Part shown: one piece after another, positions 1 to 9,877 of the stretch
How the letters are laid out: every line of letters starts with the position of its first letter
How positions within the stretch are numbered: position 1 is the first letter of the stretch
NCBI GenBank assembly: GCA_003345595.1
Contig: PRDI01000064.1
Coordinates: 1-57,530 of the forward strand
DNA: 57,530 nucleotides
Direction of reading: 5' to 3'
DNA from: Candidatus Thorarchaeota archaeon
GTDB taxonomy: Archaea > Asgardarchaeota > Thorarchaeia > Thorarchaeales > Thorarchaeaceae
Program-made: the position numbers and the translations under genes
The notes under the pieces: generated by a model
Database searches by the model: none
What the model was told of the DNA's origin: nothing
Seen by the model: the letters and a program-made list of their open reading frames with translations, nothing else

Positions 1-472
1 AGTAGTTTGTTCGGGGATTGCCGGCGGACCCAGTAACTGTGAAGGGCACAATGCAATTCTGCAGCTCTTCCACTCGTTGTTCAAAGAGTGTTGGCAATAT
101 CACAGCATACTGACTCTCGGCGGCCTCTTCGGCATCAATAGCATGCTGAACAAGCTTGGGGCTCTTGGAGCCTAGGAGCGAGCTAGTATTCCTCAACATG
201 AATGCGCGCGCAGATTCGGTGTCAAGTCCGTCGACGGACTCTAGCAGATCCAACGATTGGATCTCTAGCGCGAAGTAGGCAGCATGCCCACTCAAGAAAG
301 TGAATACGTGATCTCTGAGTCTCAGCAGCGTCACAGGGGCCAAAAGGTCTTCGTGTTTCAGAACACTGACTAGCTCTGAGAGCCGTTTCTGTTCTGATAG
401 TTCTTCTAGGACTCGTGTACTCTCATTGAAGTTGCCTGATCCCAATGCGTGAAGGAACCGGTCTACACTATG
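1..472 (-). CDS. Partial hypothetical protein. The reading frame is open from about 472 to the window start, so the C-terminus lies outside the window. No in-frame ATG occurs near the 5' end, so a TTG/GTG start is possible.
   Basis: The reverse strand has no stop codon over about 470 nt. The translation looks like an alpha-helical protein with no recognisable motif. It is not in the ORF track because the stop codon lies off-window. Confidence 0.3.
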
Positions 473-611
473 TGACAACCTGAGCCCCGGTCTATGTTGG
501 CAGTCCTGCCTTTTCTAGATATCCCGGGTCCATTACGACCTCTTGGACGCAGGAACATCACAAGGATCGGGGCTGGTTGGGTCTCCTCCACTCACACTTG
601 ACAAGTCTGGC

Positions 612-881
612 CTACGAGCCTGTGCCACGCATCTTGTTGACAATGAAGCATTTCTGACGGTACGCCCTGTCATCCAATTCCGTGATGAAGTCTTCAAGCT
701 TCTTGACCTTAGAGAACTCCTCGGAGATCCCTAGGTCGCGGACAGTGACAAAGGCTTTCTTCTTCTCAATGCGGACGTAGACTCCGCCAAGGCCTTCGTT
801 GTGTTTCATGTACACGGGTTCTACCTGGTTCTTCACCCGGTAGAAGCCTTGTCTCCTTAGCATCCTGGTGAACATCATCAT
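612..881 (-). CDS. Hypothetical small protein (89 aa)
   Basis: ORF with a mixed charged and hydrophobic composition. No family recognised. Confidence 0.35.
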   Translation of the reverse strand: MMMFTRMLRRQGFYRVKNQVEPVYMKHNEGLGGVYVRIEKKKAFVTVRDLGISEEFSKVKKLEDFITELDDRAYRQKCFIVNKMRGTGS

Positions 882-1201
882 ATGCAGTGTCTAGCCCTCC
901 CGGCGGCAGACGGTTTGACCTGTAAACGCATCCGTAATATAAACACAGTGTGAGTACACGCTGATGACCGGCTGCGGGCCAAACGTGGCAGTTCTGCCTC
1001 TTGGTTGACACACATGTTTGGCGCGGAACATTCTAACGTGTACTGCACGACTAGCACGTTGAAGCGTGTACACCCGCAGGATTCTGCCTCCTATGGCAGT
1101 CCTTCGCCAACGAGCTAACTTGCCTGCTTTCCCTCGAAAGTGACAAGAAGGCAATGGTTAAATGCGGCAGAACCGCTCGACCTCGAAGGCGGGAAATCAT
1201 C

Positions 1202-1693
1202 ATGGATCTCTGGGTCTCAGCAGTGCTAGTTACCCTCGTTAGTGTTCTTATTGCGGCGGTGTCCACCGTCGCCACAATGAAGCTGGTTGATACTAAGAAG
1301 CTCAAGTCTGACATGGAGGAAGTCAAGGAGTGGCAGAGGAAGTTCAAGATAGCTCGGGAAACGAAAGACCCCCAAGCTCTTCAAGAAGTGATAGATAGCC
1401 AGTCGCGGATCATGCAGATACAGACCTCCATGATGGGTGCACAGTGCAAACCCCAGTTGATATTCTACATTCCATTCCTCATCATCTGGGCGGTGCTCAA
1501 CTCAGTGTTTGGTGCTTCACCTGTCGCCATACTTCCATTCAATCCACAGAAGGCCCTGCCGTTTCTAGAAGGTTATCTGGGCGTGAGCGTGCCTGGTAGT
1601 GGCTTCGGTTTGTACTTCTGGAGCTGGTACATGTTGACTGCCTTCGGTCTCGGCACGCTCATCCGGAAGGCATTCAACCTTGGTTTCCCCTGA
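1202..1693 (+). CDS. DUF106 / EMC3-TMCO1-like membrane protein (archaeal Oxa1/YidC-superfamily insertase homologue). The ORF track extends it to 1154, but the Met at 1202 (MDLWVS...) is the more likely start.
   Basis: N-terminal TM helix, an amphipathic coiled-coil segment (KKLKSDMEEVKEWQRKFKIARE), a middle hydrophobic hairpin and a C-terminal TM helix. This is the topology and size typical of archaeal DUF106 (Mj0480-like) proteins. Confidence 0.55.
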   Translation: MDLWVSAVLVTLVSVLIAAVSTVATMKLVDTKKLKSDMEEVKEWQRKFKIARETKDPQALQEVIDSQSRIMQIQTSMMGAQCKPQLIFYIPFLIIWAVLNSVFGASPVAILPFNPQKALPFLEGYLGVSVPGSGFGLYFWSWYMLTAFGLGTLIRKAFNLGFP

Positions 1694-1835
1694 AACGCTC
1701 AGCCGATTAGTGCGTGTCATGATCAGCCCAGCAATGTTTCTTGTCAGCCTCTAGCTTAGGCACTCTGGTCAGAAAGGTGTTTGGCCTTCCCATATCTAGG
1801 TGCTTGCCTACGCCGACTTGGCAGCAGAGACCCAC

Positions 1836-4454
1836 TCATACATGTTTTCTGATCAGCTTGGACGCCTCTATCCAGAACGTAGCAGCGAATGAGGCGACTA
1901 CGACGAGCAACCAATCCGACACTTCCAGATAAGTTGTCTTCAACTGGATTTGTAGAAACGGCACAGCTGTGACCAACAACAGCATGATTATGGCTATCAA
2001 TCCCCACAGGGTCATGATCCTATTTGACAATAGTCCTTGTCTGACAAGTGGCTCTCTCTCGGACCTCGTGTTGAAGGCTAGAAAGACGTGAGTCAATACC
2101 CACGTAGCAAAAGCCGCTGTCTGTGCATATACGAGGTTTCCTGTTCTGTAGTAGGTCAGGAGGTAGCAGAGAGACACTGCCGCAAAGAGGCATAACGCAC
2201 CGACAAAGATCCCTGTTAGAGTATGTCTGTTCAGAACTTTCTCCTTCGGGTCTCTAGGCGGGCGCTTCATGATGTCCGGTTCCATGCCCTCTGCGACGAA
2301 CCCGCTTGAAGCGGCAAGGTCCATGAACATCTCCAAGAGGATGATCTGAATTGGAGCGAAAGGTAGTGGCACTGCAAGGAGAATTGGCAGTAAGAATATC
2401 AAGATGAGGGCAACCTTGACCGAGAGATAGTATCGGATGCCTTTCCTAAGATTGTCGAAAATCTTTCGACCCTCTCTGACTGCGCCTGCAATGGACACGA
2501 AGTTGTCGTCTGTCAATATCATATCAGCGGCTTCTTTGGCTGCATCGGTGCCCTTCACCCCCATGGCGATGCCGATTGCCGCCTCCTTCAGAGCAGGTGC
2601 ATCATTCACTCCATCCCCAGTGACGGCGACGACTTCTCCCGTCTGCCTGAGGAGCCTGACTATCCTCAACTTGTGTTCTGGTGTGATTCTGGCGAATACC
2701 GATACTGTCTTGAGCGCCTCTTTCAGATGATCGTCGTCGAGCGACGAAACCTGAGCTCCTGTGAGTGGTCCTTCGTCATCGGGTATGCCAACCTGAGTCG
2801 CTATCGCTTTCGCAGTTTCGGGGTGGTCGCCTGTCAGCATTATGACCCTTATTCCTGCTGCCCTGCATTCAGCAATGACGCCCGGTACTTCAGGTCTAGC
2901 AGGATCGCTGAAACTAACCATTCCAGCGAAGGTAAGATTCCTCACATACGCTTCACGTTCTTCATCCTTGTCAAGAGTGCGATATGCGACTGCAAGTATT
3001 CGTTCACCACCCGAAGCGATTTGAGTCGCGGCCTCGGTCACCTTGGCGAGCTCTGAGCTGGTGAAACTGACTTCTCTATCTCCCAGCAGAGTCTTCGATG
3101 ATCTTTCTAGGACAGCCTCAGGCGCTCCACTTGAGTAGATAGTTCTCTTGTCTTCCTTAGCATACACATACGAAGCCATCTTGGTCTTGTTGTCGAAGCT
3201 AAACTCGTCAACAAGGACGTATTCAGCCAAATCACTGACTGCAAGTCCAACGTCCTTGGCCGAGTTCGCTAGGGCCGCTCCCATTGGATTGGAGCCCTTC
3301 AACCTCTCATACTCCATGGTCATCTGAGCCCGCGTTGCGAGGACTGCCATCGTCACTAGTTTCTGTACAGCAGGGGATACTGAAGGCAGTGTCAACTCAT
3401 GATTGCTGAAGACATGCCCGAGTTTCATTGAACTCTCGGTCAGTGTTCCAGTCTTGTCTGTGGCAATCACTGTAACGCTTCCAAGGGTCTCTGACGCTCT
3501 AAGACGCTTAACAAGAGCATTCTTCTTTGAAAGGGCATATGTGCCGACGGCTAGGACCATTGTGATCACAATCGGCAGCTCTTCAGGGATCACAGCAAAG
3601 GAAAGCGACAGACCTGTCAAGATCATCGTCTGAAGTGGTTGTCCTCGCAAATAGCCAAGGACTGGAATCAGGACACTGAAGAATATCGCAATCCACACCA
3701 GAGTTTCGCTAAGCTGCTTCATTGCGTCCTGAAGAGGCGTTGGAGGCTCCTCGGCTTCCTCAGTCAACTCTTGGACTCTGCCGAGCTCGGTACTCTTTCC
3801 GGTGGAGGTAACGACAGCTACTCCTTCACCCTGAGCGATTAGAGTTCCAGCCAAGACCATGTTCGTGAGATCTGTCAACTGGGCACTAGCTGGCATGACT
3901 ACTTCGGCATCCTTCATGACAGGTAGAGACTCGCCAGTGAGTGATGATTCATCGAGCTGAAGACCATATGCTTTCAGCAACCTAGCATCGGCGGATATGC
4001 GCTCTCCGATGCTGAGTACAAGAATATCGCCAGGCACTATCTTCGCTGAGGATATCTCAATCAGCTCTCCACCGCGAATCACATTGGAAGTTGGAGATGA
4101 TAGTTCCTTTAGGGACTTTACTCCTTGGTCAGCCCTGTACTCGTTGTAGACCTCTACCAGAACGAGAACAATGATTATCGAGAATATGGTGGCAGCATCG
4201 AGAAGCGTCCCGAGCACACTGTACAGGACTCCCACAAAGATAAGGAGCAATATCATTGGCTCAGTCGCTTCTTCTTCTAGTTCTTCCAGGAAGCTTTCCT
4301 TTTCCTCCTCGATTAGTGAATTCTCCCCATACTTCTCAAGCCTAATCTCGGCTTCCTCAGAGGTTAGTCCTTTCCTTGGGTCAGTATCAAGCGCAGCAAG
4401 GACTTCCTCAGCATCTTGCGAAGCCCATGCAGTGGTTCTGTTCGCAGTGTCCAT
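1836..4454 (-). CDS. P-type cation-transporting ATPase (E1-E2 type II, probably Ca2+ or other cation)
   Basis: Phosphorylation motif DKTGTLT, hinge motifs MLTGDHPETA and TGDGVNDAPALK, a PEGL-like IPEELP in M4, and ten predicted TM helices. Length is 872 aa. Confidence 0.92.
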   Translation of the reverse strand: MDTANRTTAWASQDAEEVLAALDTDPRKGLTSEEAEIRLEKYGENSLIEEEKESFLEELEEEATEPMILLLIFVGVLYSVLGTLLDAATIFSIIIVLVLVEVYNEYRADQGVKSLKELSSPTSNVIRGGELIEISSAKIVPGDILVLSIGERISADARLLKAYGLQLDESSLTGESLPVMKDAEVVMPASAQLTDLTNMVLAGTLIAQGEGVAVVTSTGKSTELGRVQELTEEAEEPPTPLQDAMKQLSETLVWIAIFFSVLIPVLGYLRGQPLQTMILTGLSLSFAVIPEELPIVITMVLAVGTYALSKKNALVKRLRASETLGSVTVIATDKTGTLTESSMKLGHVFSNHELTLPSVSPAVQKLVTMAVLATRAQMTMEYERLKGSNPMGAALANSAKDVGLAVSDLAEYVLVDEFSFDNKTKMASYVYAKEDKRTIYSSGAPEAVLERSSKTLLGDREVSFTSSELAKVTEAATQIASGGERILAVAYRTLDKDEEREAYVRNLTFAGMVSFSDPARPEVPGVIAECRAAGIRVIMLTGDHPETAKAIATQVGIPDDEGPLTGAQVSSLDDDHLKEALKTVSVFARITPEHKLRIVRLLRQTGEVVAVTGDGVNDAPALKEAAIGIAMGVKGTDAAKEAADMILTDDNFVSIAGAVREGRKIFDNLRKGIRYYLSVKVALILIFLLPILLAVPLPFAPIQIILLEMFMDLAASSGFVAEGMEPDIMKRPPRDPKEKVLNRHTLTGIFVGALCLFAAVSLCYLLTYYRTGNLVYAQTAAFATWVLTHVFLAFNTRSEREPLVRQGLLSNRIMTLWGLIAIIMLLLVTAVPFLQIQLKTTYLEVSDWLLVVVASFAATFWIEASKLIRKHV

Positions 4455-4596
4455 CGGAAGATTCCCTCAACCTAATCGGTTCTGCCTGAAGGCACGTCAA
4501 TATTCCCGACTTCTTATCTTTTCTGCAGCGCCATGGATTCAAGCGAAGCGACCCAGTTCAAAACAGTCATATTGAGGAAACGCAATTGCCAGAGGT

Positions 4597-5796
4597 ATGA
4601 CTTCTGAGTCTGCTAAGGTCTACTTCGGATCGGTCAAGCAAGGGAACAGAGGCAAGTTTGCCTCCTTTGCCGCGAAAGTTGATGAAGTTGTCAAGAAGCT
4701 TGACCTGTCCACTATCGAGAAGAAGGACAAGGTTGCCATCAAGATGCATCTGGGGTATGAGGACGGCTACCAGACACTGCCTGTGTTCTTTGTGCGTCGA
4801 ATAGTCGAGGCAGTGAAGAAGACTGGAGCATTCCCCTTCATAACTGACAATCCCACATCAGTCTACAACGCCGTTAATCGAGGATACACGTCTGAAACCT
4901 GTGGGTGTCCTCTAATACCATTTGATGGAGTGAAGGACAAGTACCTCTACAAGACGCAGATTGATTTCAGAGGAGTAGACACTCTCGAAATGGGTGGTGT
5001 TCTACACGACTCTGATGTGCTGATAGATTTGGTTCATGCCAAAGGTCACAATACGTGTGGATATGGAGGAGCAATAAAGAACCTGGCCATCGGAGGGTTC
5101 TCGGCGCAGAGTCGATGGCAGAAATACCACAATATCTGGGACGCGATTCCCTACTGGGACTCCAAGAAGTGCACACCGGGTCATGCCAAGAAGCTCGTTG
5201 AATCATGTCCTGACCGTTGCATTAAGTACAAGGAAGTGGAGCACGAGCTGAAGCTCGAGTTTGATATGTGCAACCAATGTATGAAGTGCATTGAGGCGGA
5301 CAAAGGTGTAGGTTCTCTTCAGCTGAAACAGGAGAGCTTCTCTCTCTTTCAGGAAATGATGGCCATTGGCACAAGCAAGGTGTTGGAGAGGTTTCCGCCG
5401 AACAAGAGGTTCTTCATCAACTTCCTCATTGACATAACAGCTTACTGTGATTGTTGGGGAATAGGGCAACCCGCCGTCGTGAACGACATTGGTGTGCTCG
5501 GCAGCAAGGACATTGTTGCGATAGAAAAGGCCACGCTGGATCTCATTGCGAAAGAGGGTTTGATAGAATCGATGATACCTCTCTACTTCAGGCCGAACCT
5601 CGATCCTAAAACGAACCTGCATCCGTTCGCAAGGATTCACGGGCCGATGAAGGACCCTTACATCGTGGTCGACTACGCCCAGAAGCTAGGTCTGGGGACG
5701 AAGAACTACGAGCTGATTGAGGTGTTATCGCCCGTCTCGACGCTAACAATGAAAGCGCCAACGCATGTGTCTGAGATTGAGCCTACGTTCTTCTGA
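4597..5796 (+). CDS. DUF362 domain protein with an embedded 4Fe-4S ferredoxin-type cysteine cluster
   Basis: CPDRC...CNQCMKC cysteine pattern. The overall composition resembles DUF362 iron-sulfur proteins. The start is divergent from the ATPase gene across a 143-bp spacer. Confidence 0.65.
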   Translation: MTSESAKVYFGSVKQGNRGKFASFAAKVDEVVKKLDLSTIEKKDKVAIKMHLGYEDGYQTLPVFFVRRIVEAVKKTGAFPFITDNPTSVYNAVNRGYTSETCGCPLIPFDGVKDKYLYKTQIDFRGVDTLEMGGVLHDSDVLIDLVHAKGHNTCGYGGAIKNLAIGGFSAQSRWQKYHNIWDAIPYWDSKKCTPGHAKKLVESCPDRCIKYKEVEHELKLEFDMCNQCMKCIEADKGVGSLQLKQESFSLFQEMMAIGTSKVLERFPPNKRFFINFLIDITAYCDCWGIGQPAVVNDIGVLGSKDIVAIEKATLDLIAKEGLIESMIPLYFRPNLDPKTNLHPFARIHGPMKDPYIVVDYAQKLGLGTKNYELIEVLSPVSTLTMKAPTHVSEIEPTFF

Positions 5797-5946
5797 GCCT
5801 CTCGGGTCGCCCAAGAATACACTGGCCTCCGCTAAGGCATGGGGCTTCTTGCACAGCTTCAGAATAGGTGTGCACTCCGATGGCGATGGTTGCTGTGAAC
5901 CAATGTCTAATATGGTCTAGAGGGACAGTTCCTTTACCGATGGAAC

Positions 5947-6120
5947 ATGGCGATTCTAAAAGAACCCTATCTAATGCCTTTGGGCTGCACCTGCCTGGCG
6001 GTCGCGATTCTCTTGGACCATTTTGTGCCCGGCGATGGCATACTCGATTTTCTCATTGGCGTGCTGACCGGGATGTCGATTGTGCTAAACTTGGTGGGTC
6101 TGTACAGAAGCCGGAAATAG
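5947..6120 (+). CDS. Possible small membrane protein of about 57 aa, below the ORF-track cutoff
   Basis: Translation MAILKEPYLMPLGCTCLAVAILLDHFVPGDGILDFLIGVLTGMSIVLNLVGLYRSRK. It has two hydrophobic helices and a basic C-terminus, and sits in an otherwise gene-free 565-bp gap. Confidence 0.25.
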   Translation: MAILKEPYLMPLGCTCLAVAILLDHFVPGDGILDFLIGVLTGMSIVLNLVGLYRSRK

Positions 6121-6360
6121 TAGCGACCTTCAGACGATGGTTGAGGAGTCAGTATCTAGTCCTCGACCTCGCAATAGACTGGCTTCGGGCGGAAGAACGA
6201 GAGCAGGTCGACGTACCCCCCGGCATCAACAGCAAACATGATGCCAGTTCGCTGGACCTACAAACTGCAGAGCCGGCTTCTTGCGGAGTTCGAATCCTAT
6301 AAGACGGCTGTCATCAGAGGCACCACCATTACCTATGCGAAGTAGGAGGCAGAAGAACGC

Positions 6361-7131
6361 ATGTCAAACAAGCCTGACCTTGCTCTAGCGCTCGAGCTTC
6401 TCAAGAACCCAAAGTATCCCCGAACAGCCAAGTACGATCCGGAATGGCTGGTGGGGTTGGACATGGGCTGCCCCACGTTCTGGCTGCTCGAACGCCTGTG
6501 CGAAGCGATGGAACTCAGACCTGGCATGCGAGTCCTCGACCTAGGATGTGGGAAGGCAGGCGGGTCGATATTCTTGGCAAAGGAGTACGGCTTGCAGGTC
6601 TGGGCTGCAGACCTTTGGATCAGTCCAAATGAGAACTGGCAGCGGATTCGTGACGCAGGACTTGAAGCCCATGTCTTTCCGATTCGAGCTGAGGCAAACA
6701 AGCTGCCTTTTGCTGAGCAGTTCTTTGACGCAGTCATTGCCGTCAACTCGTTGTTCTTCTTTGGTACAGACGATGTGTACCTCCGACACCATCTGGTGAA
6801 CATTGTCAAACCCGGTGGTCAGTTTGGGATAGTTGTACCCGGATTCTACAATGAGTTTCAGGGTGACCTACCTGCAACTGTCCCAGACCATCTCAAGGTG
6901 TATTGGGAATCCTGTATGCTATACACTTGGCATTCTGCTGAGTGGTGGAGGCGGCATTGGCTTAAGACCAACCAAGTAGAAGTCGAGCTGGCGGACAACT
7001 TTCCGGACAACGAGGGCTATCAAACGTATCTTGACTGGGAGAGGATCATACGCTACAAGGAGAAACTTGCCGAAGACGATGCAGGTCGAAACATCACTTT
7101 CGTTCGGCTCGTTGCCCGCCGCAGGACGTAA
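6361..7131 (+). CDS. Class I SAM-dependent methyltransferase
   Basis: Motif I VLDLGCGKAGG, followed by the acidic motif II (AADL) and a typical MTase motif order. Confidence 0.8.
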   Translation: MSNKPDLALALELLKNPKYPRTAKYDPEWLVGLDMGCPTFWLLERLCEAMELRPGMRVLDLGCGKAGGSIFLAKEYGLQVWAADLWISPNENWQRIRDAGLEAHVFPIRAEANKLPFAEQFFDAVIAVNSLFFFGTDDVYLRHHLVNIVKPGGQFGIVVPGFYNEFQGDLPATVPDHLKVYWESCMLYTWHSAEWWRRHWLKTNQVEVELADNFPDNEGYQTYLDWERIIRYKEKLAEDDAGRNITFVRLVARRRT

Positions 7132-7386
7132 TCTGCCGCCAAGGACAATATCAGATTCCACTACTCTCCACATCAGCCGCCATCTTTGTTATAAGCCAAA
7201 GCTATGAACGAGTATCGAAGTCGTCTGTATATGGGGGCGTCGAGCAAGCGGTGTCAGACCCATCTGAACCGCTCGAACCGAAGTGTGCCTCAGTGCGCAA
7301 TGCGAGGAAAGCGACAATGCTCGAGCGGTGAGTGTGTGATGGTGCTTCACTCATGGCAGCGAAGTTCAACTAAGGGCGCCACGGGT

Positions 7387-8913
7387 ATGGTGGTCTTGGG
7401 CGTCCTGTTGTTGTTGTTGGCCAATGCTGCGCCCGCGTCTGCGGACGCAGACCGCTATACAGAGTATTTCGATACTACCATCTACGAAGATGCTGCGATG
7501 ACAAACGTCACAGGTTGGGGGTCTGGGGCTATTCGGTTACCTCGAGAGGGCCTGGCGACTATGGGCCGTTGCGACATGCCCGCCGATGGTTATGGAGTGG
7601 CAATAGCAGATAACATTGCATACGTGGCCGATACGTGGTCAGGGTTGCAGCTGGTCAATATCACTGATCCCGACCAACCCAGCCTATTGGGCGGCTGCGA
7701 CACACCAGGTCGGGCAACTGCCGTGACAGTGGCAGGTGGCATTGCGTACGTTACCGATGATGCTTTGGGGTTGCAGCTGATTGATGTCACGAATCCCCTT
7801 CAGCCGCTTATAGCTGGAGCCTGTCAGGTTCCCATTGTAAGTGATGTGGCGGTTTCTGGCCGCATTGCTTGGGTGGCCGCCCTGAATTCGGGTCTCTTGG
7901 CCATCGATGTTACCAATCCCGACCAGCCCGTCCTGCTGGGCATATACACCACTGGTAATCCTGTACGTGCGGTGGCGGTCTTTGATGGCATCGCCTACGT
8001 AACTGTGTTTGGTGAGGGGTTGACACTGATCAACACCACGAATCCTTTCCAGCCAGTGCTGCTGAGCAGCTGTAATACGCCCGGATCTGGAGAAAGGGTT
8101 GTGGTAGAAGCAGGCATCGCATACATTGCCGATGGATCTTCTGGCTTGCAGTTGATTGACGTTTCGAACCCCTTAGAGCCTAGTCGGGTCGGCAGTTACG
8201 ACACTGTCGGCGATGCGATAGCCGTGGCGGTAGTTGATCGTTTCGTCTACGTTGTCGACAATAACTTGGGATTAGTAATCATTGACGCAACAACTCCGAG
8301 TCGTCCATTGTTGCTTGGCGGTTACGATACGCCCGCAATGCCGATGGGGGTAGCCGTGGCCCAGGGCATTGCCTGCATCACTGATGGGTCGTCTTGTCTG
8401 ATTGTGCTAAAGCCGGAGTCCGACTTGGGCGAGGATTTCAAGCCTGTGGCAGTCGCTCAGTCGCTTAGGGTATTCGATAGTGGGACTGGCTTTATTGCGC
8501 GAGCCACTTTGTCATGTTTTCCGTCCTTGCCGACCGGAACTGCAATCGTCTTCGCTTTCTCAGTCGACGACGGTGCTCATTGGGAAACTGTCACACCTTA
8601 CGACGAGCACATGTTCACGTATGTGGGTTCCCGTCTGCGTTGGCGCGCCGTCCTAACCTCGAGTAATCCGCTACTAACCCCTGTCATGACTTCCTTGGCC
8701 ATCACAGTGACTGTCGCGGAATATGTAACCATTGACACAACTGTCCCGATAAGTACGACCTCGTTCACGGTTTCACCTTGGTGGGAAGGCCTCCCGTTGA
8801 GTCCTATCAGTCTGGTAGTGACATCTTGTGCAGTCGCTATCATTGTGATAGTGTCCTGCATGATAGTACGTGAGAGTCGCAGCCAAGAAATCGTGGGCTC
8901 CCTCTCGTCTTGA
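7387..8913 (+). CDS. LVIVD-repeat beta-propeller surface protein with a signal peptide and a C-terminal TM anchor. The ORF is open from 7204, but the start is probably at the signal-peptide Met at 7387.
   Basis: Seven or more repeats of the GLQLI(D/N)VTNP...G(I/V)AYV(A/T)D type match the LVIVD repeat. The N-terminus MVVLGVLLLLLANAAPASA is signal-like. The C-terminal hydrophobic stretch VVTSCAVAIIVIVSCMIV is followed by a charged tail. Confidence 0.8.
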   Translation: MVVLGVLLLLLANAAPASADADRYTEYFDTTIYEDAAMTNVTGWGSGAIRLPREGLATMGRCDMPADGYGVAIADNIAYVADTWSGLQLVNITDPDQPSLLGGCDTPGRATAVTVAGGIAYVTDDALGLQLIDVTNPLQPLIAGACQVPIVSDVAVSGRIAWVAALNSGLLAIDVTNPDQPVLLGIYTTGNPVRAVAVFDGIAYVTVFGEGLTLINTTNPFQPVLLSSCNTPGSGERVVVEAGIAYIADGSSGLQLIDVSNPLEPSRVGSYDTVGDAIAVAVVDRFVYVVDNNLGLVIIDATTPSRPLLLGGYDTPAMPMGVAVAQGIACITDGSSCLIVLKPESDLGEDFKPVAVAQSLRVFDSGTGFIARATLSCFPSLPTGTAIVFAFSVDDGAHWETVTPYDEHMFTYVGSRLRWRAVLTSSNPLLTPVMTSLAITVTVAEYVTIDTTVPISTTSFTVSPWWEGLPLSPISLVVTSCAVAIIVIVSCMIVRESRSQEIVGSLSS

Positions 8914-9379
8914 AACCTTTGTGAGGACCGCCGTTGGGTTCATCGGCTGCCATATGACATAGCCTACTGTGCGCGCTAGGGTCGAAGCAATCATGACCTT
9001 GATCTCGCCAATTGCCGGTCATATATCTCATGAGAAGGTCAATGGTATTCAAAAGAATGCGCTCATCGCTTTGGTGAAGGACAGCCAAAACAGTTTTCAC
9101 GCCAGTCCTGCAACAGTGGAGGCCGAAAGTGCAGTGCCAGTAGTCGTTTCTTGTTTGGTTCTCCCCCTCGCATGTTTCCGTCTGAGGGGGACGTCTGCCA
9201 TTCAGGCTGAGTCGGCCGAACCTGACCTCCTATGCGGACCGAGCTGGTTGGTACGACCCCGTCTTGGCTATGGTCTCCCATTGACTCAGCCGAAGAACGC
9301 TTAATACTACTCACTGCCATATACTCTTGGGACTTCGTCCATGTGAGTCGTCGCATGATTCTCGCATGGATCCAAGAGC

Positions 9380-9877
9380 GTGTCAGTTGTGACAAGTGAA
9401 TCTGAGTCATTTGCCTATCTCAACCCCGAAGAACGCCTGAAGAAATACAAGGAGTTCTTGGCTTCTCTGGAAAGGGAGGACGCGGCAGAACGACACAGAC
9501 ATGCTGGCCGTCCATCAGGACCTCAACCAAAGGTAGCGCCTGCCCGACAGGAATCCGCCCGGGCAGACTCACATGATGGGCGTGGAATACCCAGCCTGAA
9601 GCTCCGTGGCACAGTATCGGGCCGACAGAAGGAGTCAGAGGCAAAGGCCGGAGACGAGAGGAACCGTGTACTGTTGCGAGTCAAGCAGCGGGCTGTTGAG
9701 TCAGAAATAGACGAGGTCCGCAGAGAGAAGGCTCAGCTCGAGAGGAAGCTCGAAAGAGGGCATATTAAGCAGGAAGCGTATCAGCAGGAACTAGAGCAAC
9801 TCGTAAAGCGGGGTCAGGCCCTGCTTCGTAGAAGGCTCGATGTTGCCAAAGAGCTGAGCGAAGTTGTCGAGGACTAG
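9380..9877 (+). CDS. Hypothetical charged coiled-coil protein
   Basis: Rich in Glu, Arg and Lys with heptad-like segments (EIDEVRREKAQLERKLERG...). No enzymatic motif found. It overlaps the next gene by 14 nt. Confidence 0.4.
   Translation: MSVVTSESESFAYLNPEERLKKYKEFLASLEREDAAERHRHAGRPSGPQPKVAPARQESARADSHDGRGIPSLKLRGTVSGRQKESEAKAGDERNRVLLRVKQRAVESEIDEVRREKAQLERKLERGHIKQEAYQQELEQLVKRGQALLRRRLDVAKELSEVVED

Noticed and set aside
2437-3056. Several plus-strand ORFs (97, 127, 60 aa)
   Set aside because: Antisense within the P-type ATPase gene, which has unambiguous catalytic motifs.
5203-5640. 145-aa minus-strand ORF
   Set aside because: Entirely antisense to the motif-supported DUF362/Fe-S gene. 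Its composition is not protein-like.
6333-6809. 158-aa minus-strand ORF
   Set aside because: Antisense to the SAM methyltransferase gene with a clear motif I.
8969-9410. 111-aa (+) and 115-aa (-) ORFs in the 8913-9380 gap
   Set aside because: Mutually overlapping, with no motifs and atypical composition. The region is treated as non-coding with a possible structured element.
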